Assembly: GCF_020541245.1 (NCBI RefSeq) | Contig: NZ_CP045876.1 | Span: 1-32,000 of the forward strand | Source: Candidatus Annandia pinicola | GTDB lineage: Bacteria > Pseudomonadota > Gammaproteobacteria > Enterobacterales > Enterobacteriaceae_A | Length of the DNA: 32,000 nucleotides | Reading direction: 5' to 3' | In this document: positions 1 to 8,982 of the stretch, piece after piece | How the letters are laid out: each line of letters begins with the position of its first letter | Position numbering within the stretch: position 1 is the stretch's first letter | Program-made: the position numbers and the translations under genes | Notes under the pieces: generated by a model | Databases searched by the model: none | What the model saw: only the letters and a program-made list of their open reading frames with translations | Told to the model about the DNA's origin: nothing

Positions 1-71
1 GAAATTTGATCAGCAATTTTATCCGGATGTCCTTCTGAAACAGATTCAGATGTAAATAAAGTTTTTATCAT
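1..71 (-). CDS. metK: S-adenosylmethionine synthetase, N-terminal fragment (gene runs off the left edge)
   Basis: The reverse complement of 1-71 reads ATG ATA AAA ACT TTA TTT ACA TCT GAA TCT GTT TCA GAA GGA CAT CCG GAT AAA ATT GCT GAT CAA ATT. This translates to [23 protein letters not shown], the near-invariant MetK N-terminus (E. coli ...[20 protein letters not shown]). It is divergent from tkt, as in E. coli. Confidence 0.9.
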   Translation of the reverse strand, partial: [23 protein letters not shown]

Positions 72-295
72 TTTTTTCTCATAAAATTAAAATTTAATTT
101 AATTAAAATATTATTTTAATTAAATTTATTAAAAAATATAATTTAATATTAAATTATATCTATACATATTTATAATATAATTTAATTATCATTAAAAAAA
201 ATTTAAATTTATTATTTTAATAAATTTATAATATTTTTAATATAATTTATATAATATTTATTATTTTAACTAAAAAAATAAGGATTTTTAATGAT

Positions 296-2305
296 ATGTT
301 AACAAATTCAAAATTTGCTAATATTATTAGAATTTTAAGTATAGATACAATTCAAAGTGTTAAATCGGGTCATCCTGGAACTCCTATGGGAATGGCTGAT
401 ATTGCAGAAGTTTTATGGTGTAATTATATGAATCATAGTCCTTCTAATCCAAATTGGATAAATAGAGATAGATTTGTTTTATCTAATGGTCACGGTTCAA
501 TGTTAATATATAGTATACTACACTTAACTGGATATGATTTATCGATTGAAGATATTAAAAAATTTCGTCAATTACATTCTAAAACCCCTGGACATCCTGA
601 ATATGGTTGTACTCCGGGAATAGAAGTAACAACTGGACCTTTAGGTCAGGGTATAGCTAATGCAGTTGGTTTTGCTATAGCTGAAAAAACCTTATCATCA
701 CAATTTAATAAACATAATTATAAAATTATAGATCACTATACTTATGTATTTGCTGGTGATGGTTGTATGATGGAAGGAATTTCTCATGAAGCATGTTCTT
801 TAGCTGGTAAATTAAAATTAAAAAAATTAATTGTTTTCTATGATAATAATAAAATATCTATTGATGGAAATACTGAAGGATGGTTTGTTGATGATACATG
901 TAAAAGATTTAAATCTTATAATTGGAATGTAATAAATAATGTTAATGGTCATAATCACGAAGAAATTTTTAATGCAATTAAAAAAGCTAAATCTAATAAT
1001 AATAATAAACCTTCTTTAATAATTTGTAATACAATTATTGGGTTTGGTTCTCCTAATAAATCTGGAAAAAATGAAATACATGGAGCTCCTTTAGGAGAAA
1101 AAGAAGTATTATTAACTAGAAAAAAATTAAAATGGAAATATGATCCATTTGTTATTCCAAATGAAATTTATAAAAAATGGAATGCTATAAATATAGGTAA
1201 AATAAAAGAAAAAGAATGGAAAAATAAATTTAAAAAATATAAAAAAAAATACCCTGATTTAGCTATTGAATTTTTACGTAGAATTAAAGGTAAGTTACCT
1301 AATAATTGGAATTATATTTTTAAAAAAAAAATTTTTAATTTACAAAATTTTCCTCAAAATATTGCTAGTAGACAAGCTTCATATAAAATAATAGAATTAA
1401 TAAATGATATTTTACCTGAATATATTGGTGGTTCTGCTGATTTAGCAGCAAGTAATTTAACTATATGTCCAAAATCTAAACCTATAAATAAATATAAAAA
1501 TGGAAATTATATACATTATGGGGTTCGTGAATTTGGTATGACTGCTATTGCAAATGGTATATCTTTATATAAAGGATTTATAGTTTCTACAGCATCTTTT
1601 TTAACTTTTTTAGATTATGCTAAAAATGCTGTTAGAATGGCATCTTTAATGAAAATACGTCAAATTTTAATTTATACACATGATTCTATTGGTTTAGGTG
1701 AAGATGGACCTACACATCAACCTATTGAACAATTATCAAGTTTACGTAATATTCCCAATATAAGTGTTTGGCGCCCTTGCGATCAGGTTGAAACAGCAAT
1801 ATCATGGAAATGTGCAATTGAAAAAAAAAATGGACCTACTGCTCTAATACTTTCTAGGCAAAATTTAATTCAACAAAAAAGAAATAAAAAACAATTATCT
1901 AATATATATCGAGGTGGTTATATATTAAAAGAATCTCATAATAAACCAGAAATAATATTAATATCTACTGGTTCTGAAGTAGATTTAGCAGTAAAAGTTT
2001 ATGATGAATTATTAAATTTAAATTATAGAACAAGATTAATATCTATGCCATCAAGTGATGTTTTTGATAAACAAAATATATATTATAAAAAAAAATTATT
2101 ACCTAACAGTTCTAAACTAATTGTTTCTATTGAAGCATCTAATACAAATTATTGGTTAAAATATACAGGCTTAAGTGGTTTAAGAATAGGAATTGATTGT
2201 TTTGGTGAATCAGCTCCTGCAGATAAATTATTTTCATTTTTTTGTTTTAATGTAAAAAGTATTATAAAAAAAATAAAATTAAAATTAAATGTTTTTTATA
2301 AATAA
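296..2305 (+). CDS. tkt: Transketolase
   Basis: 669-aa ORF. The N-terminus [34 protein letters not shown] matches E. coli Tkt[35 protein letters not shown]. The ThDP motif [13 protein letters not shown] is present. An AAGGA Shine-Dalgarno sits at 280-284. Stop is TAA. Confidence 0.96.
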   Translation: MLTNSKFANIIRILSIDTIQSVKSGHPGTPMGMADIAEVLWCNYMNHSPSNPNWINRDRFVLSNGHGSMLIYSILHLTGYDLSIEDIKKFRQLHSKTPGHPEYGCTPGIEVTTGPLGQGIANAVGFAIAEKTLSSQFNKHNYKIIDHYTYVFAGDGCMMEGISHEACSLAGKLKLKKLIVFYDNNKISIDGNTEGWFVDDTCKRFKSYNWNVINNVNGHNHEEIFNAIKKAKSNNNNKPSLIICNTIIGFGSPNKSGKNEIHGAPLGEKEVLLTRKKLKWKYDPFVIPNEIYKKWNAINIGKIKEKEWKNKFKKYKKKYPDLAIEFLRRIKGKLPNNWNYIFKKKIFNLQNFPQNIASRQASYKIIELINDILPEYIGGSADLAASNLTICPKSKPINKYKNGNYIHYGVREFGMTAIANGISLYKGFIVSTASFLTFLDYAKNAVRMASLMKIRQILIYTHDSIGLGEDGPTHQPIEQLSSLRNIPNISVWRPCDQVETAISWKCAIEKKNGPTALILSRQNLIQQKRNKKQLSNIYRGGYILKESHNKPEIILISTGSEVDLAVKVYDELLNLNYRTRLISMPSSDVFDKQNIYYKKKLLPNSSKLIVSIEASNTNYWLKYTGLSGLRIGIDCFGESAPADKLFSFFCFNVKSIIKKIKLKLNVFYK

Positions 2306-2307
2306 AT

Positions 2308-2345
2308 TATATGTATATATATTATTATTAATATATATGCATATA
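2308..2345 (+). terminator. Candidate intrinsic terminator hairpin between tkt and pgk
   Basis: The arms are TATATGTATATATATT (2308-2323) and AATATATATGCATATA (2330-2345). They form 16 bp with one G-C pair and one G-U pair around a 6-nt loop, ATTATT. The hairpin starts 3 nt after the tkt stop. It is an A/T-rich stem, so thermodynamically weak. Confidence 0.3.
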
Positions 2346-2368
2346 TTAATAAAGGTATTAAATAAATA

Positions 2369-3538
2369 ATGTTAAATATAAAAAATATAAATATTAAAAA
2401 TAAAAAAGTTTTAATAAGAACTGATCTAAATGTACCCATTTTTAATAAAAAAATTGTATCAGACGTTCGTATTTTAGCTGCATTACCTACTATTAAACTA
2501 GCTATTAAAAAAAATGCAATTGTTATTATTATGTCCCATTTAGGACGCCCTAAAGAAAATTCATATGATAATAAATATTCTTTAAAATATGTATCTAATT
2601 ATTTACAAAATAAAATTAAAAATATTAAAGTTTTATTAATTAAAAAATATATAAATGGTTTTAATTTTAAATCTGGAAATTTATATATTTTAGAAAATGT
2701 AAGATTTAATAAAGGTGAAAAAAAAAATAGTTTATTATTATCAAAAAAATATGCTTCATTATGTGATATATTTGTAATGGATGCATTTGGTTCTTCACAT
2801 AGAAAACAATCATCTACTTATGGTATTTCCTTATTTGCTAAAATATCTTGTTTTGGATTATTATTAATTTCAGAAATAAATACTTTAAAAAATTATTTAA
2901 ATAAACCTAAAAGACCAATGACTGTTATTCTTGGGGGTTCTAAAATATCAACTAAATTTAATATATTAGAATATTTAATAAAAATATCAGATAATATTAT
3001 TGTAGGTGGTGGTATTGCAAATAATTTTATAGCAATTAATAATAATATAGGAAAATCTTTATATGAAAAAGAATATATAGAAAAATCAAAAAAATTTTTA
3101 AAAAGTAATAAAATATTAATTCCAGAAGACGTTTATATAGGAAAATCATTATTATTTAATGAAAAATCTACAAAAAAAAAAATAAAAAAAATATATGATA
3201 ATGAAATAATTTTAGATTTTGGGATTAAAACAATAATTAACATAATTAAAATATTAATAAGTTCTAATACTATTTTATGGAATGGTCCAATTGGAATGTT
3301 TGAATTATTTAATTTTAGAAAAGGAACTAGAATAATTTCAAAAACTATTTCTATTTTAAAATCTTTTTCTATAATAGGTGGTGGTGATACAATTTCAGCA
3401 ATTGATATGTTTGATGATAAAAAAAATTTTTCTTATATATCTACAGGGGGAGGAGCTTTTTTAAAATTTTTAGAAGGTAAAGAATTACCAATTGTAAGGT
3501 TAATTAATAATATTGAAATAATTTTAAAAAAAATATAA
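2369..3538 (+). CDS. pgk: Phosphoglycerate kinase
   Basis: 389-aa ORF. KKVLIRTDLNVPI...SDVRILAALPTIKLAIKKNA...MSHLGRP parallels E. coli KRVFIRADLNVPV...[20 protein letters not shown]...TSHLGRP. The C-terminal GGGDTISAI and STGGGAFL motifs are present. Confidence 0.95.
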   Translation: MLNIKNINIKNKKVLIRTDLNVPIFNKKIVSDVRILAALPTIKLAIKKNAIVIIMSHLGRPKENSYDNKYSLKYVSNYLQNKIKNIKVLLIKKYINGFNFKSGNLYILENVRFNKGEKKNSLLLSKKYASLCDIFVMDAFGSSHRKQSSTYGISLFAKISCFGLLLISEINTLKNYLNKPKRPMTVILGGSKISTKFNILEYLIKISDNIIVGGGIANNFIAINNNIGKSLYEKEYIEKSKKFLKSNKILIPEDVYIGKSLLFNEKSTKKKIKKIYDNEIILDFGIKTIINIIKILISSNTILWNGPIGMFELFNFRKGTRIISKTISILKSFSIIGGGDTISAIDMFDDKKNFSYISTGGGAFLKFLEGKELPIVRLINNIEIILKKI

Positions 3539-3581
3539 TTTATAAAAATATTTAATAATAAATTATTAAGGATTATAAAAA

Positions 3582-4334
3582 ATGATTAAAGATTTAAGTT
3601 ATTTTAAAACATATATTTTAGATTATTTATATTTAAAAAGATTATTTTATTTATTTAAAAAAAATAAAAATAATATAAATTTAATAAAATTTGATAATAT
3701 TTATAAAATAAATGATATTACAAAAACTATTTTAAATATAAAAAAATTTACTATAATAAAATTATTAATTGATGATTCAAAATTTATAATAAATAATAAA
3801 TTTAGAAATGAAAATTATATTAAAGAATTAATTTATTTAAAATATATAAATATAATTATAAAAAAAAAACCAATATTATTAAATATCAATCAATGTTCTA
3901 AAAATAATTTTTTTTTAATAAATAATTTTTTAAAGATAATAAATTTAAATAAAATAAATAAAAAAAAATCTTTATTTTCTATATATACATTAAATTTATC
4001 TATATATTTTTTAGAAAATAATATAAAAAAAATTATTAGATATGTAGTTATAATGTTTAAACTTGGTATTATATTAGAAATAAAATTAAATTTTAAAATT
4101 AAAAAAAAAAAATTTAATATTTTTTTTTTAGATAATAATTTAAAAAAAATAATTTATATTTGTAAAAAAATAAGTAAAGTAAATAAAAATTTTATAATAT
4201 CAATAAAATTTAATAGTAATTATAAAATTTATACATCGATAAATGAAATAACAATATTTAAATTATTAAAAAAAATATTAATTATAAAAAATATTTTTTC
4301 AAAAAAAATACCAAATTTTTTACCTTTAGAATAA
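3582..4334 (+). CDS. fbaA: Degenerate, C-terminally truncated class II fructose-bisphosphate aldolase homologue. It is probably catalytically dead (a pseudoenzyme or a late-stage pseudogene that is still open).
   Basis: 250-aa ORF with an AAGGA SD 8-9 nt upstream, in the same position and orientation as fbaA after pgk in E. coli. Several blocks align without gaps to E. coli FbaA as I recall it. PILLNINQCSK aligns with PVILHTDHCAK. KSLFSIYTLNLS aligns with KPLFSSHMIDLS. MFKLGIILEIKLN aligns with MSKIGMTLEIELG. FIISIKFNSNYKIYTSIN aligns with FTIAASFGNVHGVYKPGN. NFLPLE-stop aligns with NFVFHGGSGS. The ORF has no His and only one Gly. Confidence 0.6.
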   Translation: MIKDLSYFKTYILDYLYLKRLFYLFKKNKNNINLIKFDNIYKINDITKTILNIKKFTIIKLLIDDSKFIINNKFRNENYIKELIYLKYINIIIKKKPILLNINQCSKNNFFLINNFLKIINLNKINKKKSLFSIYTLNLSIYFLENNIKKIIRYVVIMFKLGIILEIKLNFKIKKKKFNIFFLDNNLKKIIYICKKISKVNKNFIISIKFNSNYKIYTSINEITIFKLLKKILIIKNIFSKKIPNFLPLE

Positions 4335-4445
4335 TTTAATATTAATATTATTAATATACTAAAATTATAAATAATATATTTTATTATATAATTTAAAAAT
4401 AATTTTTTAAAATAATTTAAAAATATTATTTAATATTAAAATATG

Positions 4446-5123
4446 TTATATAATATTTAATAACTCATAATTTATTATTTTTATTTTTTTTTTAAAACTT
4501 AAAATAGTAATATTAGATTTTATTATTGAAAATAAACCAACAGTAATTACTCCTGGTAATGAATTTATTTTTTTTTCTAATTTAATAGAATTTTTAACAC
4601 GCATATTATATATATCTATTATAATATTACCATTTTCAGTTATAATATTTTTACGATATTTAGGAATTCCACCAATTTTTATTAATTGTTTTTCAATAAA
4701 ATATTTAGATGAAGGTATAATTTCTATTGGTAAAGGAAAATTACCTAAAATATTGATTTTTTTTGTACAATCTAAAATACATATAAATTTATCTGAATTT
4801 ATAGATATTATTTTTTCTTTTGTTAATGCTGATCCACCTCCTTTAATCATTTGCATTTTTTTGTTTATTTCATCTGAACTATCTATATAAATATCAGTTT
4901 TTTTTGTCATATTTAAATTAAATATTGGAATATTTAATTTTTTTAATTTTAAAGTAGAATTTTTAGAACTAGATATAGCAGCTTTAATAATATTTTTAAA
5001 TATATAAATAGAATTTATAAAATAATTTAAAGTAGATCCACTGCCTATCCCTATAATAATGTTTTCTTTAATATAATTTAAAGCATATAAACATGAAGAT
5101 TTTTTTAGTTTTTCTTTTTTCAT
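4446..5123 (-). CDS. rpiA: Ribose-5-phosphate isomerase A
   Basis: 225-aa ORF. [42 protein letters not shown] and [10 protein letters not shown] match E. coli [42 protein letters not shown] and IPGVVTVGLF. Confidence 0.92.
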   Translation of the reverse strand: [225 protein letters not shown]

Positions 5124-5192
5124 AATTTTATAATATTAAATAATATATTATTTAATATTTATTTATAAATTTATTTATAATTTTATTTAAAA

Positions 5193-6155
5193 TTAAAAAT
5201 CTTTAATTTTAAAAAAACAATAATTGTTATTATATATTCTTATTATATCTGTTTTTTTTATTTTTTTATTTAATACAGCTTGTATCCATATAATATCATT
5301 ATTTAATTTTACTATATATAAAATATTACCAATTATTTTCCAATTTTTTTTTATTTTAAATTCTAAATATTTTTCGTTACCATTTATATTTTTTGATATA
5401 CCTATTAAAAAATATAATAATTTTTTATTTGTTTTTAAAATTTGAGTTTTTGTTATAATTTCTTGACCATTATAACATCCTTTATTAAAACTTATGCCAT
5501 TAAAATTATTTAAGTTTAATGATTGGGGTAAGAATTTTTTTGAATTTTTAATATTTATATTAGGAATCCCAAATTTAATATCTAAAGATAACCATTGATT
5601 ATTGTTAATGTAAATTAATTTATTAATTATATAATTTTTAATTTTATTACTTTTTTTTTTATTTACAATTATAAAAAATCTTATAATAGAATCATTTAAT
5701 TTTATTAATATATATATTTTATCTATAATTATAATTTCATTAATATTTAATTTTTTATTAAAAAAATTATTTAATAAATTTATAGTTTTATTTCCTATAA
5801 TACCAAAAATAATATTTTTATAATCTAATTCTATATTAACTTCTAAAAATATAGAATATTTTTTAAGTATTTTTAAATGATATTTAACTATATTTTTTCT
5901 TTCTATTAAAATATAATGATTTTTTTTATATTTAAATACTTTTATAGAACTAATTACTTTTCCTTTATAATTACAATGAGCACATGTCATACATTTATTA
6001 TTTAATTTATTAATATCTAATGTTAATTGATTTTGTAAATATTTTTTACTATCATTACCATAAACGTGAATTAAAGACCAATCATTAAGATACATCCATG
6101 TATTATAAATATTTTTTGAATATAAAATATTATTTAAATAATTTATTTTATTCAT
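5193..6155 (-). CDS. ygfZ: Folate-binding tRNA-modification/Fe-S repair protein YgfZ
   Basis: 320-aa ORF. LNDWSLIHVYGNDSKKYLQNQLT aligns with E. coli [23 protein letters not shown]. The signature ISFNKGCYNGQE aligns with ISFKKGCYTGQE. Confidence 0.85.
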   Translation of the reverse strand: MNKINYLNNILYSKNIYNTWMYLNDWSLIHVYGNDSKKYLQNQLTLDINKLNNKCMTCAHCNYKGKVISSIKVFKYKKNHYILIERKNIVKYHLKILKKYSIFLEVNIELDYKNIIFGIIGNKTINLLNNFFNKKLNINEIIIIDKIYILIKLNDSIIRFFIIVNKKKSNKIKNYIINKLIYINNNQWLSLDIKFGIPNINIKNSKKFLPQSLNLNNFNGISFNKGCYNGQEIITKTQILKTNKKLLYFLIGISKNINGNEKYLEFKIKKNWKIIGNILYIVKLNNDIIWIQAVLNKKIKKTDIIRIYNNNYCFFKIKDF

Positions 6156-6283
6156 AAATTTTATTAGATAATTAATAATTTATAAAAAAATTATTATATA
6201 ATAATAAATATTTTTATTAAATAATAATATAAATTTATTATAAATTTAATATATTTTTTATATTAAATATTATATTTTTTTTA

Positions 6284-7384
6284 ATGATTAAAAAAACTAA
6301 TTTTATGTTAGAAATATATTATACAAAAAATAATCTAAAAAAATATATTAATTATTATAAATTAATTAAAAATATATTTAAATATAAAATAAAAAATAAA
6401 TATTTAAAAAATATTAAAAGTACTTTTAATAATATTAAAATTTATAATAATTTTAAAGAAATTAATGATATAAAAAAAAATAAAAAAAAACTAAAGTTTA
6501 TTATTAAAAGTATAAATAAAATATATCATAATATAAATAAAGTAAAATATTTATATAAAATTTATAAAATAAATAAAAATAAATTATATGATATTAAGTT
6601 ATCTTCTATATTAAAAAAAATAAAATTTAAAATAAAAAAAATAGAATTTAATTGTGTTTTTTTAAATAAATATGATATTTTAAATTGTTATTTAAATTTA
6701 CAATCAGGGGTTGGTGGATTAGATTCCCAAGATTTTTCTAGTATGTTAATGAAAATGTATATAAAATGGTCTATAAATCAAGGTTTTAAAATTAATATAT
6801 TAGAAACTTCATATGGTGATTTAATTGGTATAAAATCAACAACTATTAATATAATAGGTAAATATGCTTTTGGTTTATTGAAAAATGAAAATGGAATACA
6901 TCGTTTAATAAGAAAAAGTCCTTTTAATGCAAATAAAAAAAGACATACTTCATTTAGTTCTGTTTTTGTTTATCCAGAAACAATTAATAGTAATAATATT
7001 AATTTAAATATTAAAGATTTAAAAATAGAAGTATATAAATCATCTGGTTCTGGGGGACAACATGTTAATAAAACAGAATCAGCTGTACGTATAACACATA
7101 TTCCTACTGGAATTAAAACACAATGTCAATCTTATAGATCACAACATCAAAATAAAAGTATTGCAATTAAAAAAATAATAAATAAATTACATCAAATAAA
7201 TATTAATAAAAAAAAAATAAAAAATTATAAAATTAAAATAGGTTGGGGAAATCAAATAAGATCTTATATATTAGATAATTCTTTAATTAAAGACTTAAGA
7301 ACAGGAATAGAAAAAAATAATGTAAATAGTATTTTAAATGGAAATGGTTTAAATTATTTTATAAAATCTAATTTAAAATTATAA
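6284..7384 (+). CDS. prfB: Peptide chain release factor 2, encoded as one uninterrupted frame (no programmed +1 frameshift)
   Basis: 366-aa ORF. It contains the RF2-specific SPF motif (IRKSPFNANKKRHTSFSSVFVYPE) and the GGQ motif (SGSGGQHVNKTESAVRITHIPTGI). It is followed by lysS, as in the E. coli prfB-lysS operon. The N-terminal ~110 residues are almost entirely K/N/I/Y and barely alignable. An alternative start is Met8 at 6305. Confidence 0.9.
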   Translation: MIKKTNFMLEIYYTKNNLKKYINYYKLIKNIFKYKIKNKYLKNIKSTFNNIKIYNNFKEINDIKKNKKKLKFIIKSINKIYHNINKVKYLYKIYKINKNKLYDIKLSSILKKIKFKIKKIEFNCVFLNKYDILNCYLNLQSGVGGLDSQDFSSMLMKMYIKWSINQGFKINILETSYGDLIGIKSTTINIIGKYAFGLLKNENGIHRLIRKSPFNANKKRHTSFSSVFVYPETINSNNINLNIKDLKIEVYKSSGSGGQHVNKTESAVRITHIPTGIKTQCQSYRSQHQNKSIAIKKIINKLHQININKKKIKNYKIKIGWGNQIRSYILDNSLIKDLRTGIEKNNVNSILNGNGLNYFIKSNLKL

Positions 7385-7408
7385 TTATAAGGAATAAATT
7401 TATTAAAA

Positions 7409-8902
7409 ATGAATGAAAATAATTATAATTTCTTAAAAAATAAAGAAATAAAAAACAGATTAGAAAAATTAAAAATATTAAAAAAAAATAAAATAGCTTT
7501 TCCTAATAATTTTAAAAGAAATTATATTTCTAATATTTTACATAAAAAATATAATAAATATAATAGAAAATATTTAAAAAATCTTAATTTAAAAGTAAGA
7601 ATTACTGGAAGAATGATAAATTGTAGACATATGGGAAAATCATCTTTTATAAAATTACAAGATATGTTTGGTAGTATACAAATATATATTTCTAAAAAAC
7701 ATATTAATGAAAATATTTTTAAATATTTTAAAACCTGGGATTTAGGAGATATATTAGGAGTTATAGGAATATTATTTAAAACTAATAGCGGTGAATTATC
7801 AATATATTGTAATAAAATTTATTTATTAACTAAATCATTAAGACCATTACCTGATAAATTTCATGGATTAAATAATAAAGAAATTAAATATAGACAAAGA
7901 TATTTAGATTTAATAAAAAATAAAAAAACAATAAATGTATTTAAGATAAGACATAAAATTATATTTGAAATTAGAAAATATATGATATCACATAATTTTA
8001 TAGAAGTAGAAACTCCTATTATGCAATTAATACCAGGAGGTGCTTCTGCAAAACCGTTTATAACATATCATAATAGTTTAAATCAAAAAATGTATTTAAG
8101 GGTTTCTCCTGAATTATATTTAAAACGTTTAGTAGTTGGAGGTTTAGAAAGGGTATTTGAAATAGGAAAAAATTTTCGTAATGAAGGTATATCATCTAAA
8201 CATAATCCTGAATTTACTATGTTAGAATTATATATAGCTTATTTTAATTATAAGGATTTAATTAAATTTACTAAAAATATGTTATATATTTTAATAAAAA
8301 AAATTGTTAAAAATAGTGAAATTAAAATAAAAAATAATATAATAAACTTTAATCATTTTTATGAAATGACAATGAAAGAATCAATTATAAAATATAATAA
8401 TAATATAAAACTTAAAGATTTATCAAATTTATATAATTTAAATTGTATTATAGATAAATTAAAAATTAAAAAAAAAGAAAACTTTTCTATAGGAAGTTTA
8501 ATATATGAAATTTTTAAAAATACTGTAGAAAAAAAATTAATACAACCAACATTTATAACTGAATATCCTATTGAAATTTCTCCTTTATCTAGATGTAATG
8601 ATAATAGTAATAATGTTGCTGATAGATTTGAATTATTCATAAATGGACAAGAAATTGGTAATGGTTTTTCAGAATTAAATGATTCTCAAGATCAAAAAAA
8701 AAGATTTAAAAGTCAATATAAATTAGATAAACTTAATTTTAGTAAAAATAATATATATGATAAAGATTATATTATTGCACTAGAACATGGTCTTCCTCCA
8801 ACTTCTGGATTAGGTATAGGTATTGATCGTTTAATAATGTTATTTACTAATAAATCTACAATAAAAGATGTAATATTATTTCCAACTTTAAAAATTATAT
8901 AA
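7409..8902 (+). CDS. lysS: Lysyl-tRNA synthetase (class II)
   Basis: 497-aa ORF. Class II motifs are present: FIEVETPIMQ, LYLRVSPELYLKRLVVGGLERVFEIGKNFRNEG, DRFELFINGQEIGNGFSELND and GLGIGIDRLIMLFT. Confidence 0.96.
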   Translation: MNENNYNFLKNKEIKNRLEKLKILKKNKIAFPNNFKRNYISNILHKKYNKYNRKYLKNLNLKVRITGRMINCRHMGKSSFIKLQDMFGSIQIYISKKHINENIFKYFKTWDLGDILGVIGILFKTNSGELSIYCNKIYLLTKSLRPLPDKFHGLNNKEIKYRQRYLDLIKNKKTINVFKIRHKIIFEIRKYMISHNFIEVETPIMQLIPGGASAKPFITYHNSLNQKMYLRVSPELYLKRLVVGGLERVFEIGKNFRNEGISSKHNPEFTMLELYIAYFNYKDLIKFTKNMLYILIKKIVKNSEIKIKNNIINFNHFYEMTMKESIIKYNNNIKLKDLSNLYNLNCIIDKLKIKKKENFSIGSLIYEIFKNTVEKKLIQPTFITEYPIEISPLSRCNDNSNNVADRFELFINGQEIGNGFSELNDSQDQKKRFKSQYKLDKLNFSKNNIYDKDYIIALEHGLPPTSGLGIGIDRLIMLFTNKSTIKDVILFPTLKII

Positions 8903-8982
8903 TTTAATTTTATTAATATATATTTTTATAAAAACATTATTTAAATTTTTTTAAATAATTATTAAAAATATAAGGAATATAA

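Noticed and set aside
3582-4334. My first impression was that the 250-aa K/I/N-rich ORF was a lineage-specific orphan or novel protein.
   Set aside because: Residue-by-residue comparison shows ungapped block homology to class II FBP aldolase at the syntenic position. It is a decayed fbaA derivative, not a new gene family (see findings).
5132-5159. Perfect A/T-only palindromes in spacers: AATATTAAATAAT-AT-ATTATTTAATATT (5132-5159, between ygfZ and rpiA) and AAAAATATATATTTTT (15119-15134, between ppa and rsmD). These are possible bidirectional terminators.
   Set aside because: In effectively two-letter (A/T) sequence, palindromes of 8-13 bp are expected by chance over several kb of spacer, and such stems are very weak. 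I cannot distinguish them from background without transcript data.
6284-6400. A programmed +1 frameshift site in prfB.
   Set aside because: The RF2 frame is continuous from the ATG to the TAA. There is no in-frame TGA and no SD-like GGGGG stimulator, so the E. coli-type autoregulatory frameshift is absent rather than missed.
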